A stretch of DNA of 64,000 nucleotides, from IMG/VR virus record IMGVR_UViG_3300010399_000033, positions 1-64,000 of that record, one strand, 5' to 3'. Both the position numbers and the translations under genes were made by a program. The notes below the pieces were generated by a model. It did not search any database. It saw only the letters and a list, made by a program, of their open reading frames with translations, and was not told where the DNA came from. This stretch comes from a virus. Numbering within the stretch: position 1 is the stretch's first letter; every line of letters starts with the position of its first letter. Shown in pieces: positions 56,322-64,000 of this stretch.

Positions 56322-56773
56322 GAAGTAGCATCCTTCTGTCGGCGACGGATCTCGCTCTCGGCTAGCCTAGACAGCTCGTGGGTCAATGTAGGCCCACCCG
56401 CTGCCACCAGCATGTCGCACGCGCGACATTCTTGCAAAGTCAGATTCGGTCGACGCGCACCAAAGTGTTTGAGGTAGTACGCGAACATGATCTGCGCGGC
56501 GGCATAGTCGACGCCATGATCGTGAACGAAGTGCATAACCGGGAAAGCTCCAGTGCGCTGCGCCACATCGGATTTGTGCAAGGCATTGTAGACAGCCTCG
56601 GCTTCGCTGCGGTGCTCGGGCGTATGCTTGGCAACGTCCGCCTCGAACCTTTCCACTGAATACCCGGGACGTCCGGGTTCTCCGATCTTGATGCCCAATC
56701 GATCGAGACTGGCGTGCATGGCGTGCCGCGACAACGCCTCGGCGATCAGAGCGATGGTCTCGTCCTTCGACAT
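56318..56773 (-). CDS. Hypothetical protein
   Basis: 151 aa, packed between DUF3310 and the helicase. Confidence 0.5.
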   Translation of the reverse strand: MSKDETIALIAEALSRHAMHASLDRLGIKIGEPGRPGYSVERFEADVAKHTPEHRSEAEAVYNALHKSDVAQRTGAFPVMHFVHDHGVDYAAAQIMFAYYLKHFGARRPNLTLQECRACDMLVAAGGPTLTHELSRLAESEIRRRQKDATS

Positions 56774-56777
56774 CGGA

Positions 56778-58238
56778 TCAATCTCCCGGAACCCCGTTGT
56801 CCTCTTCATATGTCTCAGCTACGCCGTTCGTCGGCATCAGCGTGTCGAAATAGTCGTCAGGCAACACTACCGAGTCGGTGCAGAACTGCCCTCGGTCGAG
56901 GTGCTGGGTAATCAACAGACCGAACTTGTCCTTTTTCGATCGCGCGTGCTCGACATACACGCGCGCCAAGCCGAATTGCCTTTCCGGACGAGTCGCCGAG
57001 TAGGTCAGGACGATATCCGCCGTCTGGATCTGGCTGATGTCCTCGCCGATGTCGGTGGAGCGAGCCACCTCGTTTTCGTTACCTTTCCTGTTGAGCTGAT
57101 CAACCACAACCAGTGCAAGATTGCGCTCGAACGCCAACGCGCGCAGCCGTTCCAGATTATGCCCAAGACTGATCCGGTAGTCGCTCGCCGACCGTGCGTT
57201 CTGTTTCATCAGCTTGGGATAGTCCAGGACCATCAGGTCGGGGATGAAGCCATCAACCATCTCAATGCTGTCGAGGTAAGCTGACAGCATCTCGACACTC
57301 AGCGCGCGGTTGGGGAACTGCTTGATGATCAGATTGGACTCCTTGCCGCGCAGCTGTTCCATTCGCGCCGCAAGTTCCTCGGCGAGCACCGGGCTGTTGA
57401 GGTCAAACTGAACCGGGACGTCCTCGTGCTCGATCGCGCGGATGTCGCCGTTGCCGTCGCGGAGGATGATTGGCGCGCGCGTCATCTCAGCTGATTGCTG
57501 CGGCACGCCGAACAGCGACTGGTAGTAGCGCATCCGCGTTTCGTTTTCCGAGTTCTCCAAGCTGATATGCAGGACGCGCAGTCGGCGCAGCAATGCGGCC
57601 TTGGCAACGCCGACCAGGAACCACGACTTGCCACCACCCTTAGGTCCGATCAGCAGGAAAATACGTTTCCGCGCCGGGACGATTCCGCGCCGGTCCAGGA
57701 CCGCAATTCCTGTCGAGAACTCACGATTGTCATTGCGCAGCCATTCGATGAATTCCTCAAGTGGATCGTCTAGCTTGACGCCGCGCTCGAACATCTGGTT
57801 CCGCGCGCGCATGATGTCGGCAAGGATTTCCTCGACATCCTCGATCGAGCTGTCGCCCTGCCGCGTAATGATTTCAGCGGAGCGAAGGATTGCTTCCTTG
57901 AGCTGACCTTCACGGTTCTTCCGCTGCAGCGTGTCGACCACGTATTTGGCATTGATGCCCTCGGAGAGCATCGCCATCTGCATCAGGATGCGGCGGATCA
58001 GACTGGCGCGACGGTTCGTCGGATCCTCGAGGATATCCGCGAACAGATCAGCCGTGTGTGCCTTCGGCGCGTGCCCATACTGCCGCCAGTAAGTCACGCA
58101 CCGCTCGGCGATCAGGCGGTACTCGCCGTCGAGCGCCTCGACGTCGAGCGCAGAGGCGACGATCCGACCGTTCTGGTCGTCGTGAGCTAGGATCGTGATA
58201 ATATTCTCACATTGGGCGCCAGATGGTTTCTCAGTCAT
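56778..58238 (-). CDS. DnaB-like replicative helicase
   Basis: STGI..LD, GPKGGGKS, HISLE, PDL.VLDY..LM, QLNR, DI.ED.S....AD, AR. Confidence 0.85.
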   Translation of the reverse strand: MTEKPSGAQCENIITILAHDDQNGRIVASALDVEALDGEYRLIAERCVTYWRQYGHAPKAHTADLFADILEDPTNRRASLIRRILMQMAMLSEGINAKYVVDTLQRKNREGQLKEAILRSAEIITRQGDSSIEDVEEILADIMRARNQMFERGVKLDDPLEEFIEWLRNDNREFSTGIAVLDRRGIVPARKRIFLLIGPKGGGKSWFLVGVAKAALLRRLRVLHISLENSENETRMRYYQSLFGVPQQSAEMTRAPIILRDGNGDIRAIEHEDVPVQFDLNSPVLAEELAARMEQLRGKESNLIIKQFPNRALSVEMLSAYLDSIEMVDGFIPDLMVLDYPKLMKQNARSASDYRISLGHNLERLRALAFERNLALVVVDQLNRKGNENEVARSTDIGEDISQIQTADIVLTYSATRPERQFGLARVYVEHARSKKDKFGLLITQHLDRGQFCTDSVVLPDDYFDTLMPTNGVAETYEEDNGVPGD

Positions 58239-58711
58239 TTTTTGAGCCCCTTGTTCCAAGCAACTCTCCCCATTGTAGCGAATGATATTTTTCGGCGATG
58301 CTCCTCAGATTTAGGAATACCCTTAGTTTTCCCACGAAGACCCTTCGATATCTTTTTCTTGTGGGCGGATGTTAGCTTCCTTCCCCTCATTGCTATTGAT
58401 TGCTTTTCCTTATGCTCCTGTGTTTTTGGAATACCTCGCATTCTGGGAGCTGCGTCGATATGATTTTGCTCGCATCTGGTTATGATTACATTTCCGACTT
58501 CGTATGAGCCGACGTCCCCTGGCCGCGCCATAACGAACTGACCAAGCATGCGTCCTCGATTTTTCAAATGCCCTGAATCCTGCCAAATACTAAGCCAATC
58601 CTCGAATGTCAGCGTGAATGCGATTCCACGCCTCTTAGCGGAGGAGCGTTGGGTGCACCAGGCTCTTCTCCACTTCCTTATTTGCGCGGCAGTCGGCATT
58701 GCTGAAGTCAT
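58235..58711 (-). CDS. Free-standing HNH-like endonuclease with NUMOD3 repeats
   Basis: Same core as 38107..38532, plus repeated EHK.K.S...RG units; AT-richer. Confidence 0.75.
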   Translation of the reverse strand: MTSAMPTAAQIRKWRRAWCTQRSSAKRRGIAFTLTFEDWLSIWQDSGHLKNRGRMLGQFVMARPGDVGSYEVGNVIITRCEQNHIDAAPRMRGIPKTQEHKEKQSIAMRGRKLTSAHKKKISKGLRGKTKGIPKSEEHRRKISFATMGRVAWNKGLKK

Positions 58712-58719
58712 GGTTGTTG

Positions 58720-59196
58720 TTAACTCTCCCTGATACGGACGATCCATTGCATCATGCCGCCGCGCGCGTATCCGGGGAATGCTCGATTGATCGCGGCCGG
58801 CAGGCGGTGGATGTGTCCCATCAGCGTCCGCGCGGTGACGGGATATCCCGCGTTGGTCATATCCTTGTAGAGAAGCTCAACCCCCATGCGCAGCACGACG
58901 ATCTGTCCTTGTCGCTGCGGGTGAGCATTCCGCAGATAGGTTAGCAGTCCGGGCAGCTTCTGCCGAAACCTGGAATCGATCGCCCGCATCAGCACGCCGG
59001 CATGCGGACACTCGACGCCCATGCCGGTCAGCGTTCGCGCGATCGCGTCAACCACCATGACTTCGCCGGACTCCGCCTCCTCGGTGCCGTCTATGGAAAG
59101 CTGCAGCAGTGCGCGAGCGCGGGCGATCAATCGCGTCAGCTGCTCGTGCGTCAGCTGTGGCAGCAGTGCGTTGATCTGCTCAGCTGGCGTGGTCAT
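58720..59196 (-). CDS. Hypothetical protein upstream of the helicase
   Basis: Ends AFPGY.RGG; helical. Confidence 0.55.
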   Translation of the reverse strand: MTTPAEQINALLPQLTHEQLTRLIARARALLQLSIDGTEEAESGEVMVVDAIARTLTGMGVECPHAGVLMRAIDSRFRQKLPGLLTYLRNAHPQRQGQIVVLRMGVELLYKDMTNAGYPVTARTLMGHIHRLPAAINRAFPGYARGGMMQWIVRIRES

Positions 59197-59338
59197 GACT
59201 TCTTGCGCTCTTGTCGTTTCTTTGCCCGGCGCTGATGGCGATTGGTTGGATGCTCCCACGGGCGTTGCTTGTTCGGTTTATCTGATGGACCGCGACCGAT
59301 TGGAGCGATGGTCGCTTTGGTGATTCCACGTCGAGCCT

Positions 59339-59788
59339 TCATACTCGTTTCCCCTCCAGGCATGCGGCGCAGATGTCCAGACCGCGCGTGTCGCGGCGGA
59401 TCTCAGGATTGCTGAGTTGGGAGGCGACGAGCAGGCCGCACGCCGAGCCGCTGTCGGTCCACACATGCGCGAGCAGCGCGTACTGGTTCCGGATGATGTA
59501 GCGCGGGCCCAGTCGCTTGCGCGGTGGAGGATTGCAAGCAGGTCGTGCGGCTGTGCTTGCTTGCCGAGATGATTCGGCTGGCGGGAGTACCTTAAGCCTG
59601 TCGGCCGGGACGTTCAGCGTCATCAGCTCGCCGCAACGGATGCAACGAAACCGCGTGGTGGGTTTGACCCGCTCGCGATCGACGAGGCCTAGGCTGCCGC
59701 ACTTGAGGCAGAGCACGGCCCGCTTGTTCGGCGGAACGAACACAGCCTTCGCTTTGCGTGGCACAGCGTTGTACGTATTCTTACTCAT
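59339..59788 (-). CDS. Multi-Zn-finger hypothetical protein
   Basis: CLKC, CIRC, H.W...SAC, CAAC. Confidence 0.5.
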   Translation of the reverse strand: MSKNTYNAVPRKAKAVFVPPNKRAVLCLKCGSLGLVDRERVKPTTRFRCIRCGELMTLNVPADRLKVLPPAESSRQASTAARPACNPPPRKRLGPRYIIRNQYALLAHVWTDSGSACGLLVASQLSNPEIRRDTRGLDICAACLEGKRV

Positions 59789-60557
59789 CCCCTGCCCATC
59801 TGTGGTGCCCACCGGTGCGCGCGAGCGCGCGGAGCATGGGTTCTACTGCCTCATATCGCCCGGCGCACCGGTGGCGACCGCACGAGCATGGCGGAGCATT
59901 CCAGGGATTGACAAGGGCGGGGATTATCGGGGACAAAAGAAATGCCCCGGCGATGCGTGTCACATCCCGGGGCGGAGATCCGTGTTTAGGGCTGGCAGGC
60001 CTCACGGAAACTGCGAAGACGGTACACGAAGTTGCCTCTCCGCGCAATCCCTCCCCCGCCAGAAAATCGGACACGACATGCCCATCCCGGGTGAACCCGG
60101 GGTCCACCAGCAGGAAGCTCGGGAGACGAGCGACCGGACGGGCCACCCAATCAGTCCGAGGTCGTGCGCCACTTCCGCGTGGGGGACCGAGAGACCCGCA
60201 GGTCATTGAACCTGACCGGGAGTGGGGAACAGCGCCGCGTGGATGCGCTGTCTCTCCTGCCGTCGAGAACTTAGCCATGGGGAGTCACGAGGCGCCACAG
60301 CTCGACCCGCCTCAAGATGACTGTCCTTCCTCTGGGAAGGTTTAGGGCTCCCACCCACGCTCAGCCAAAGTGACCAGGCTCCGCCAGTTGCAAAAGCTCA
60401 TACCATGGTCCTTGCTAGGCCATGGTATGCCTGCTTCCCTCACCTGCCGTTGCAAACCAGTTCAGGTTTTCCTCATTGTCCTGGCCAGCCCTGGAAGGAT
60501 TTTAAGCTAGCGGAGATATGACCAGCTGTGATGGAAAAATCCTGGCGGAGAACTCAG

Positions 60558-60776
60558 ATGTCGAGGAAATGGGAATACTATACAGAGACTTTGACTGGTG
60601 GCCCTGACGGATGGGTCAAGGACCTGGACCAGCTAGGCCAGGAGGGGTGGGAGCTGGTCCAGGTGGACTTTACTTCATTTCCTCACGTAGCTGTGCTGAA
60701 GCGGCCAGCAGATGTGTCGGATGATCTTGGAATGGGGGATCTTGCAGACCGGGACTTGGACAAGGAGCGGCGATGA
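60558..60776 (+). CDS. DUF4177-like small protein
   Basis: KWEY......LD.LG.EGWELV.V.......LKRP. Confidence 0.7.
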   Translation: MSRKWEYYTETLTGGPDGWVKDLDQLGQEGWELVQVDFTSFPHVAVLKRPADVSDDLGMGDLADRDLDKERR

Positions 60777-61006
60777 AGCGAGCGCGCAAGAAGCTGAATG
60801 TGTGGGGTGGGCTCGTCATGCTTCCCGAAGGCCAAACGCGCGTGCTGGTTGCGACCAAGACACAGGCCGAGGCCGCGCAACTGTTTGGCGAGTCCGTCTA
60901 TCACTTTCGAGAACACATGACGCAGACGTTCAACAAGGACGAGATCGCGCTGGCGCTGGGATCTCACGGCGTCCGGCTTTATCCGAAAGGAAGGGGAAAC
61001 CGATGA
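60773..61006 (+). CDS. Hypothetical protein
   Basis: LVA.K.QAEAA.L...T.N..EI.LAL...G. Confidence 0.55.
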   Translation: MKRARKKLNVWGGLVMLPEGQTRVLVATKTQAEAAQLFGESVYHFREHMTQTFNKDEIALALGSHGVRLYPKGRGNR

Positions 61007-61263
61007 TTTTTGAAGCCAAGGCTGAGCATGAAGTCGCTTACCAGGAACTCGCGGAGCTGATTCACCGACATGCCGACAGCATGACTGCACTGGAAGTGTT
61101 GGCGGTTGCTGCAAATATTGTTGGCAAGCTGGTGGCACTGCAGGACCAACGCACAATCACTGCTGAGCAGGCGCTGGAAGTCGTAGCGCGCAACATCGAA
61201 CTCGGCAATCGCCAAGTGCTCGGCCATCAGCAGGAACTTGTGGGAGGCAAAGTAAATCGATGA
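61003..61263 (+). CDS. Hypothetical protein
   Basis: LAVAAN.VGKL.ALQDQR...V.RNIE.GN. Confidence 0.6.
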   Translation: MIFEAKAEHEVAYQELAELIHRHADSMTALEVLAVAANIVGKLVALQDQRTITAEQALEVVARNIELGNRQVLGHQQELVGGKVNR

Positions 61264-61481
61264 GCAGCAGCGTTTCCGACAAGCTGAAGGCGCTCAAGTG
61301 CGCGCACAAAGCGCTTCGTGCGATGTCAATCATCTCTGGGAGCAGCTCCGCCGATCAGCATCTCACAGTACTTTCCGAGGTCGTCGATGAGTACGAGGAA
61401 AAAGCCGAGGCCGAGGAAGCAGCCAATCTGGCAGAATTGGAAAGAGTGACCGCGGATTTGAAACGGAGGAAAAACCAATGA
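61260..61481 (+). CDS. Hypothetical protein
   Basis: ATGA-coupled on both sides. Confidence 0.5.
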   Translation: MSSSVSDKLKALKCAHKALRAMSIISGSSSADQHLTVLSEVVDEYEEKAEAEEAANLAELERVTADLKRRKNQ

Positions 61482-62464
61482 GCAGAAAACCGAACGAGCA
61501 ACTGGCCCGAACCATTCTTGACGGACCGCAGGGCCAGCTTATCCGCACGCTGGTGCTGCAGGAGCAGTCGCCGGTTTCGGATGCGGAGCTGGCAGAACTG
61601 ATCAAGCAGCTGAAGGATTACGGCGACACTCTGCAGAAGATCGGCGAGCGCAATGTCTCAAGCCATTATCAAGACGTGGCAAGGGCCGGGCAGCAGAGAC
61701 TGGACTGGGCGGCGATGGTCAAGAAGGCCGCCGACATCCTCGCCGCTCAGGACGCCACGATTTTGGGCGTGCGGGGGAGAGCAGCTGTACTTCAGGGGCA
61801 ACTTGATGGCGCCAATGAAAAGATTGAGCAGATGAATGCCATCGACCGTGAGGCCGCCGAGCACGTCGAAAGCGTGATCTGCATGCGCAGCGCGCACTTC
61901 ACCGGAGAGGATCCGTATGTGGGATGGAAGGGTCTAGGACTTGCTCTGACGCAGGACTACGATGACCTCGCGATCAAGGAAGCACAGCTTACCGCGGCTC
62001 GCGCCCTGCTCGACGATGTCTTGCGGAAGCATTCCGATGTCAATAAGCAGCTGGAGCATGTCCTGTCCGACTATGTGCATTGGTTGGACGCACGCATGCA
62101 GCGCGCCGGCCGGTCGAGTACAACGCCGGATCAACGTATTGAGGCGGCCAAGCGGAAAATCGTGGATACGTCACACCTTCCGGGCCACACGAACCTGGTG
62201 CATGTCGAACTGAAGAAGGTCGTTCCCACTTCAGACAAGGAAGCGTCGGCGCTGACGGACAGGGAGATTCAGATAGATTACACGCTTCACTGTCAGCTGT
62301 GGGACGCAAGAAGCGCGGACGACGACGGATACAGCGGATCCCCCGGCGAATGGATCGTCGAGCGCCTCGACGAGCTGAAGACCGCAGCCAAGGAACGCGG
62401 CATCACGCTGGTCGAACCGCCTCATGTCGTGTCGGCGCTGGACAAAAATGACGAGGTCGATTGA
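61478..62464 (+). CDS. Coiled-coil hypothetical protein
   Basis: Contains VESVICMR..FTG..PYVGWKGLGLAL. Confidence 0.6.
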   Translation: MSRKPNEQLARTILDGPQGQLIRTLVLQEQSPVSDAELAELIKQLKDYGDTLQKIGERNVSSHYQDVARAGQQRLDWAAMVKKAADILAAQDATILGVRGRAAVLQGQLDGANEKIEQMNAIDREAAEHVESVICMRSAHFTGEDPYVGWKGLGLALTQDYDDLAIKEAQLTAARALLDDVLRKHSDVNKQLEHVLSDYVHWLDARMQRAGRSSTTPDQRIEAAKRKIVDTSHLPGHTNLVHVELKKVVPTSDKEASALTDREIQIDYTLHCQLWDARSADDDGYSGSPGEWIVERLDELKTAAKERGITLVEPPHVVSALDKNDEVD

Positions 62465-62523
62465 CTTCGTCTGCGGTACGTGTTGTATCGTGTGTGGAAC
62501 AACTGCTGACTCGCGGGCGGAAC

Positions 62524-62751
62524 ATGTCAGTGAAATCAGAGCCATCTGTCGCATGGGCACGACTCGCTCGCGAGTTGCGAGCGGATCGCGATGAAATGCA
62601 GCGTTCCTTCCGCGATACGGCACGTCTCGCCGGTGTGAGTCTGGCAGCGTATCAGCGTGCCGAGACTGGACGTCCCGTCGACAGCCGAAACTTCCTCCTG
62701 CTGTGCGATTGGATCGATGCCGATCCTCGCTCCTTCCTGGAAAAGACGTGA
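62524..62751 (+). CDS. XRE-family HTH regulator
   Basis: LR..R....S.RD.A.LAGVS.A...RAE.G......LCDW. Confidence 0.75.
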   Translation: MSVKSEPSVAWARLARELRADRDEMQRSFRDTARLAGVSLAAYQRAETGRPVDSRNFLLLCDWIDADPRSFLEKT

Positions 62752-62803
62752 CCCCTCCCTCCAATATGACCAATGCGTGTGGGAAAAGCAGGAGACGCGT
62801 CAG

Positions 62804-63283
62804 ATGAGAACGTGGCTTCACGCCAAGACCGGGCGCCGGTACATCGAGATTGGACGAGGTCCGCTATCCGTATCGGCCGGGCCCGGACTGCAGGAGAATG
62901 ATCGTGTCGTTGCCTACCGGCCCGAGGCCCCGGCCGGCGAGGACATCTACTTTCGAGGCGAGCGCGAGTTCGACGACGGCCGGTTCGTTTTGCTGGACAG
63001 TCGTCCCGATGACGATGGCATCGCAGTCAAGGTCGATGTGATCGCGGCAGCCGACGCTGGACACCGCCTCGACGAGGCGCGCGGCGAGTTCATCAAGTGG
63101 GTGCTGCACAGTGCATTCATCTCAGGTGTGGCGGGAAACGATATCGGGCAAAAGATTGTTCACAAGGCAATTGATCTTGGAGTGGCTCGCAAGGAGCACT
63201 ACGATTCGGTGAATGATCATTCCGGACGACCGTTCACTGAACCGCATGGAACTCCATGGATTGTCGTGATGGTGACAGAATGA
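62804..63283 (+). CDS. Hypothetical protein (DUF1653-like N-terminus)
   Basis: H.KTG.RY..IG...VVAYR.....Y.R...EF.DGRF; RBS aggag. Confidence 0.55.
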   Translation: MRTWLHAKTGRRYIEIGRGPLSVSAGPGLQENDRVVAYRPEAPAGEDIYFRGEREFDDGRFVLLDSRPDDDGIAVKVDVIAAADAGHRLDEARGEFIKWVLHSAFISGVAGNDIGQKIVHKAIDLGVARKEHYDSVNDHSGRPFTEPHGTPWIVVMVTE

Positions 63284-63419
63284 CCAAGCAACGCATGTCG
63301 GGGAGCGAGGTGGATGCCGTGTCCCGCTGGGGACGTCGCTATCTGCGCTGGCGTGCCGGCCAGCGCGCGTGGTGGAAACGCAAACTGCGGCGCCGCATCC
63401 GGCGCGGAAGGATCGAGCA

Positions 63420-63623
63420 ATGACGCAAGCAGTGAAACGCGATACCGGCCCGTGGACTTTTGAGCTGCAAGGAACCAGCGTGGTGATCATGTTCGATTGC
63501 GGCTCGGATCAAGGCGCTGCGGAGATGTATGAAGCGTTTTGTCAGGCAGCTGCGACAGGGTCCGTGGTCCATTTTGAGCTGAATGGTGCCGAGATCACGC
63601 CACCCGGGACGATTGTCCAATGA
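63420..63623 (+). CDS. Hypothetical protein
   Basis: ATGA-coupled to the NADAR gene. Confidence 0.45.
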   Translation: MTQAVKRDTGPWTFELQGTSVVIMFDCGSDQGAAEMYEAFCQAAATGSVVHFELNGAEITPPGTIVQ

Positions 63624-64000
63624 CCGCGATCACCTGGTTTCGAGGCCGTTACGGCTTCCTGTCGAACTTCTTTCCAGCGAAGATCCGTTACGGGGAGCAC
63701 GAATACCCGACCGTGGAGCACGCCTACCAGGCGATGAAGTCGCTTTCGCCTGTGGAGCGACACGCCATATGGATGGCGTTGACGCCGGGAAAGGCGAAGC
63801 GCCTCGGCCATCGGGTGCAATATCCGCGTCCGGACTGGCATGAATACAAGCTCCCCGCTGATGAATGAGCTTGTGCGGATCAAGTTCGAGGATCCTAAGC
63901 TTGCGGCGCTGCTCGTCGCAACATCGCCGCTCGACCTGATCGAAGGCAATGAGCATGGTGACGTGTTCTGGGGACAATGCCCGATCGGCGACGGCGAGAA
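63620..64000 (+). CDS. NADAR (YbiA-like) family protein; +1 frameshift at CCCC 63853-56; 3' truncated
   Basis: FLSNF...YPTVEHAYQA.K...AKRLG...RPDW, continuing in the next frame as LMNELVRIKF...L..LL.AT....LIEGN.HGDVFWG. Confidence 0.85.

Noticed and set aside
27321-58238. Introns or inteins in recA, polymerase, primase or helicases
   Set aside because: These ORFs are uninterrupted and of ordinary length; the HNH genes lie between genes.
63845-63870. Programmed frameshift in NADAR
   Set aside because: No slippery heptamer or stimulatory structure, and the same +1 pattern occurs in unrelated genes.
1-64000. CRISPR array, diversity-generating retroelement or retron
   Set aside because: No regularly spaced direct repeats, no reverse transcriptase motifs and no TR/VR pair differing at adenines were seen.
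1-64000. Alternative genetic code
   Set aside because: TGA, TAG and TAA all end conserved genes at expected positions under code 11.
1-64000. Prophage boundary or attachment site at the tRNA
   Set aside because: No integrase or host genes, and phage replication genes flank the tRNA on both sides.

Overview
This is a GC-rich 64 kb segment of a tailed dsDNA bacteriophage with a contractile-tail (myovirus-type) baseplate. An alphaproteobacterial host is likely, but that is inference. No integrase, capsid or terminase gene lies in the window. Layout: (i) + strand 1-15377 holds the end of the tape-measure/lytic protein, a baseplate module, three fibre-like genes and a lysis/membrane cassette. (ii) - strand ~15370-48260 holds small accessory genes, a SLOG protein, SbcCD, a resolvase, PspA plus a TPM-like protein, RecA, a gp32-like SSB, a UvsY-like protein, a clamp loader, a UDG-fused family A polymerase, a beta clamp, tRNA-Thr(UGU), an adenine MTase, a sigma-like factor, primase, a DGQHR/ParB-like protein and early genes. 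(iii) + strand 48457-52672 holds early genes including an amidoligase and a GGCT. (iv) - strand 52602-59788 holds a SNF2 helicase, ThyX, a DnaB-like helicase and an HNH. (v) A structured non-coding strand switch is followed by + strand genes ending in NADAR. The best novelty candidate is a pair of tandem fibre paralogues with Sec signal peptides, a shared mature N-terminal domain and paired cysteines, suggesting periplasm-folded receptor-binding proteins. Other candidates: a polymerase with a Gln at the steric-gate position and an SSB-like C-terminal tail (DDEEIPF), a 4-way-junction RNA element upstream of a GGCT gene, a phage PspA/TPM pair, and a conserved early promoter/leader family. Several +1 homopolymer frameshifts look like sequencing errors. 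All functional calls come from motif recognition by eye; no searches were run.
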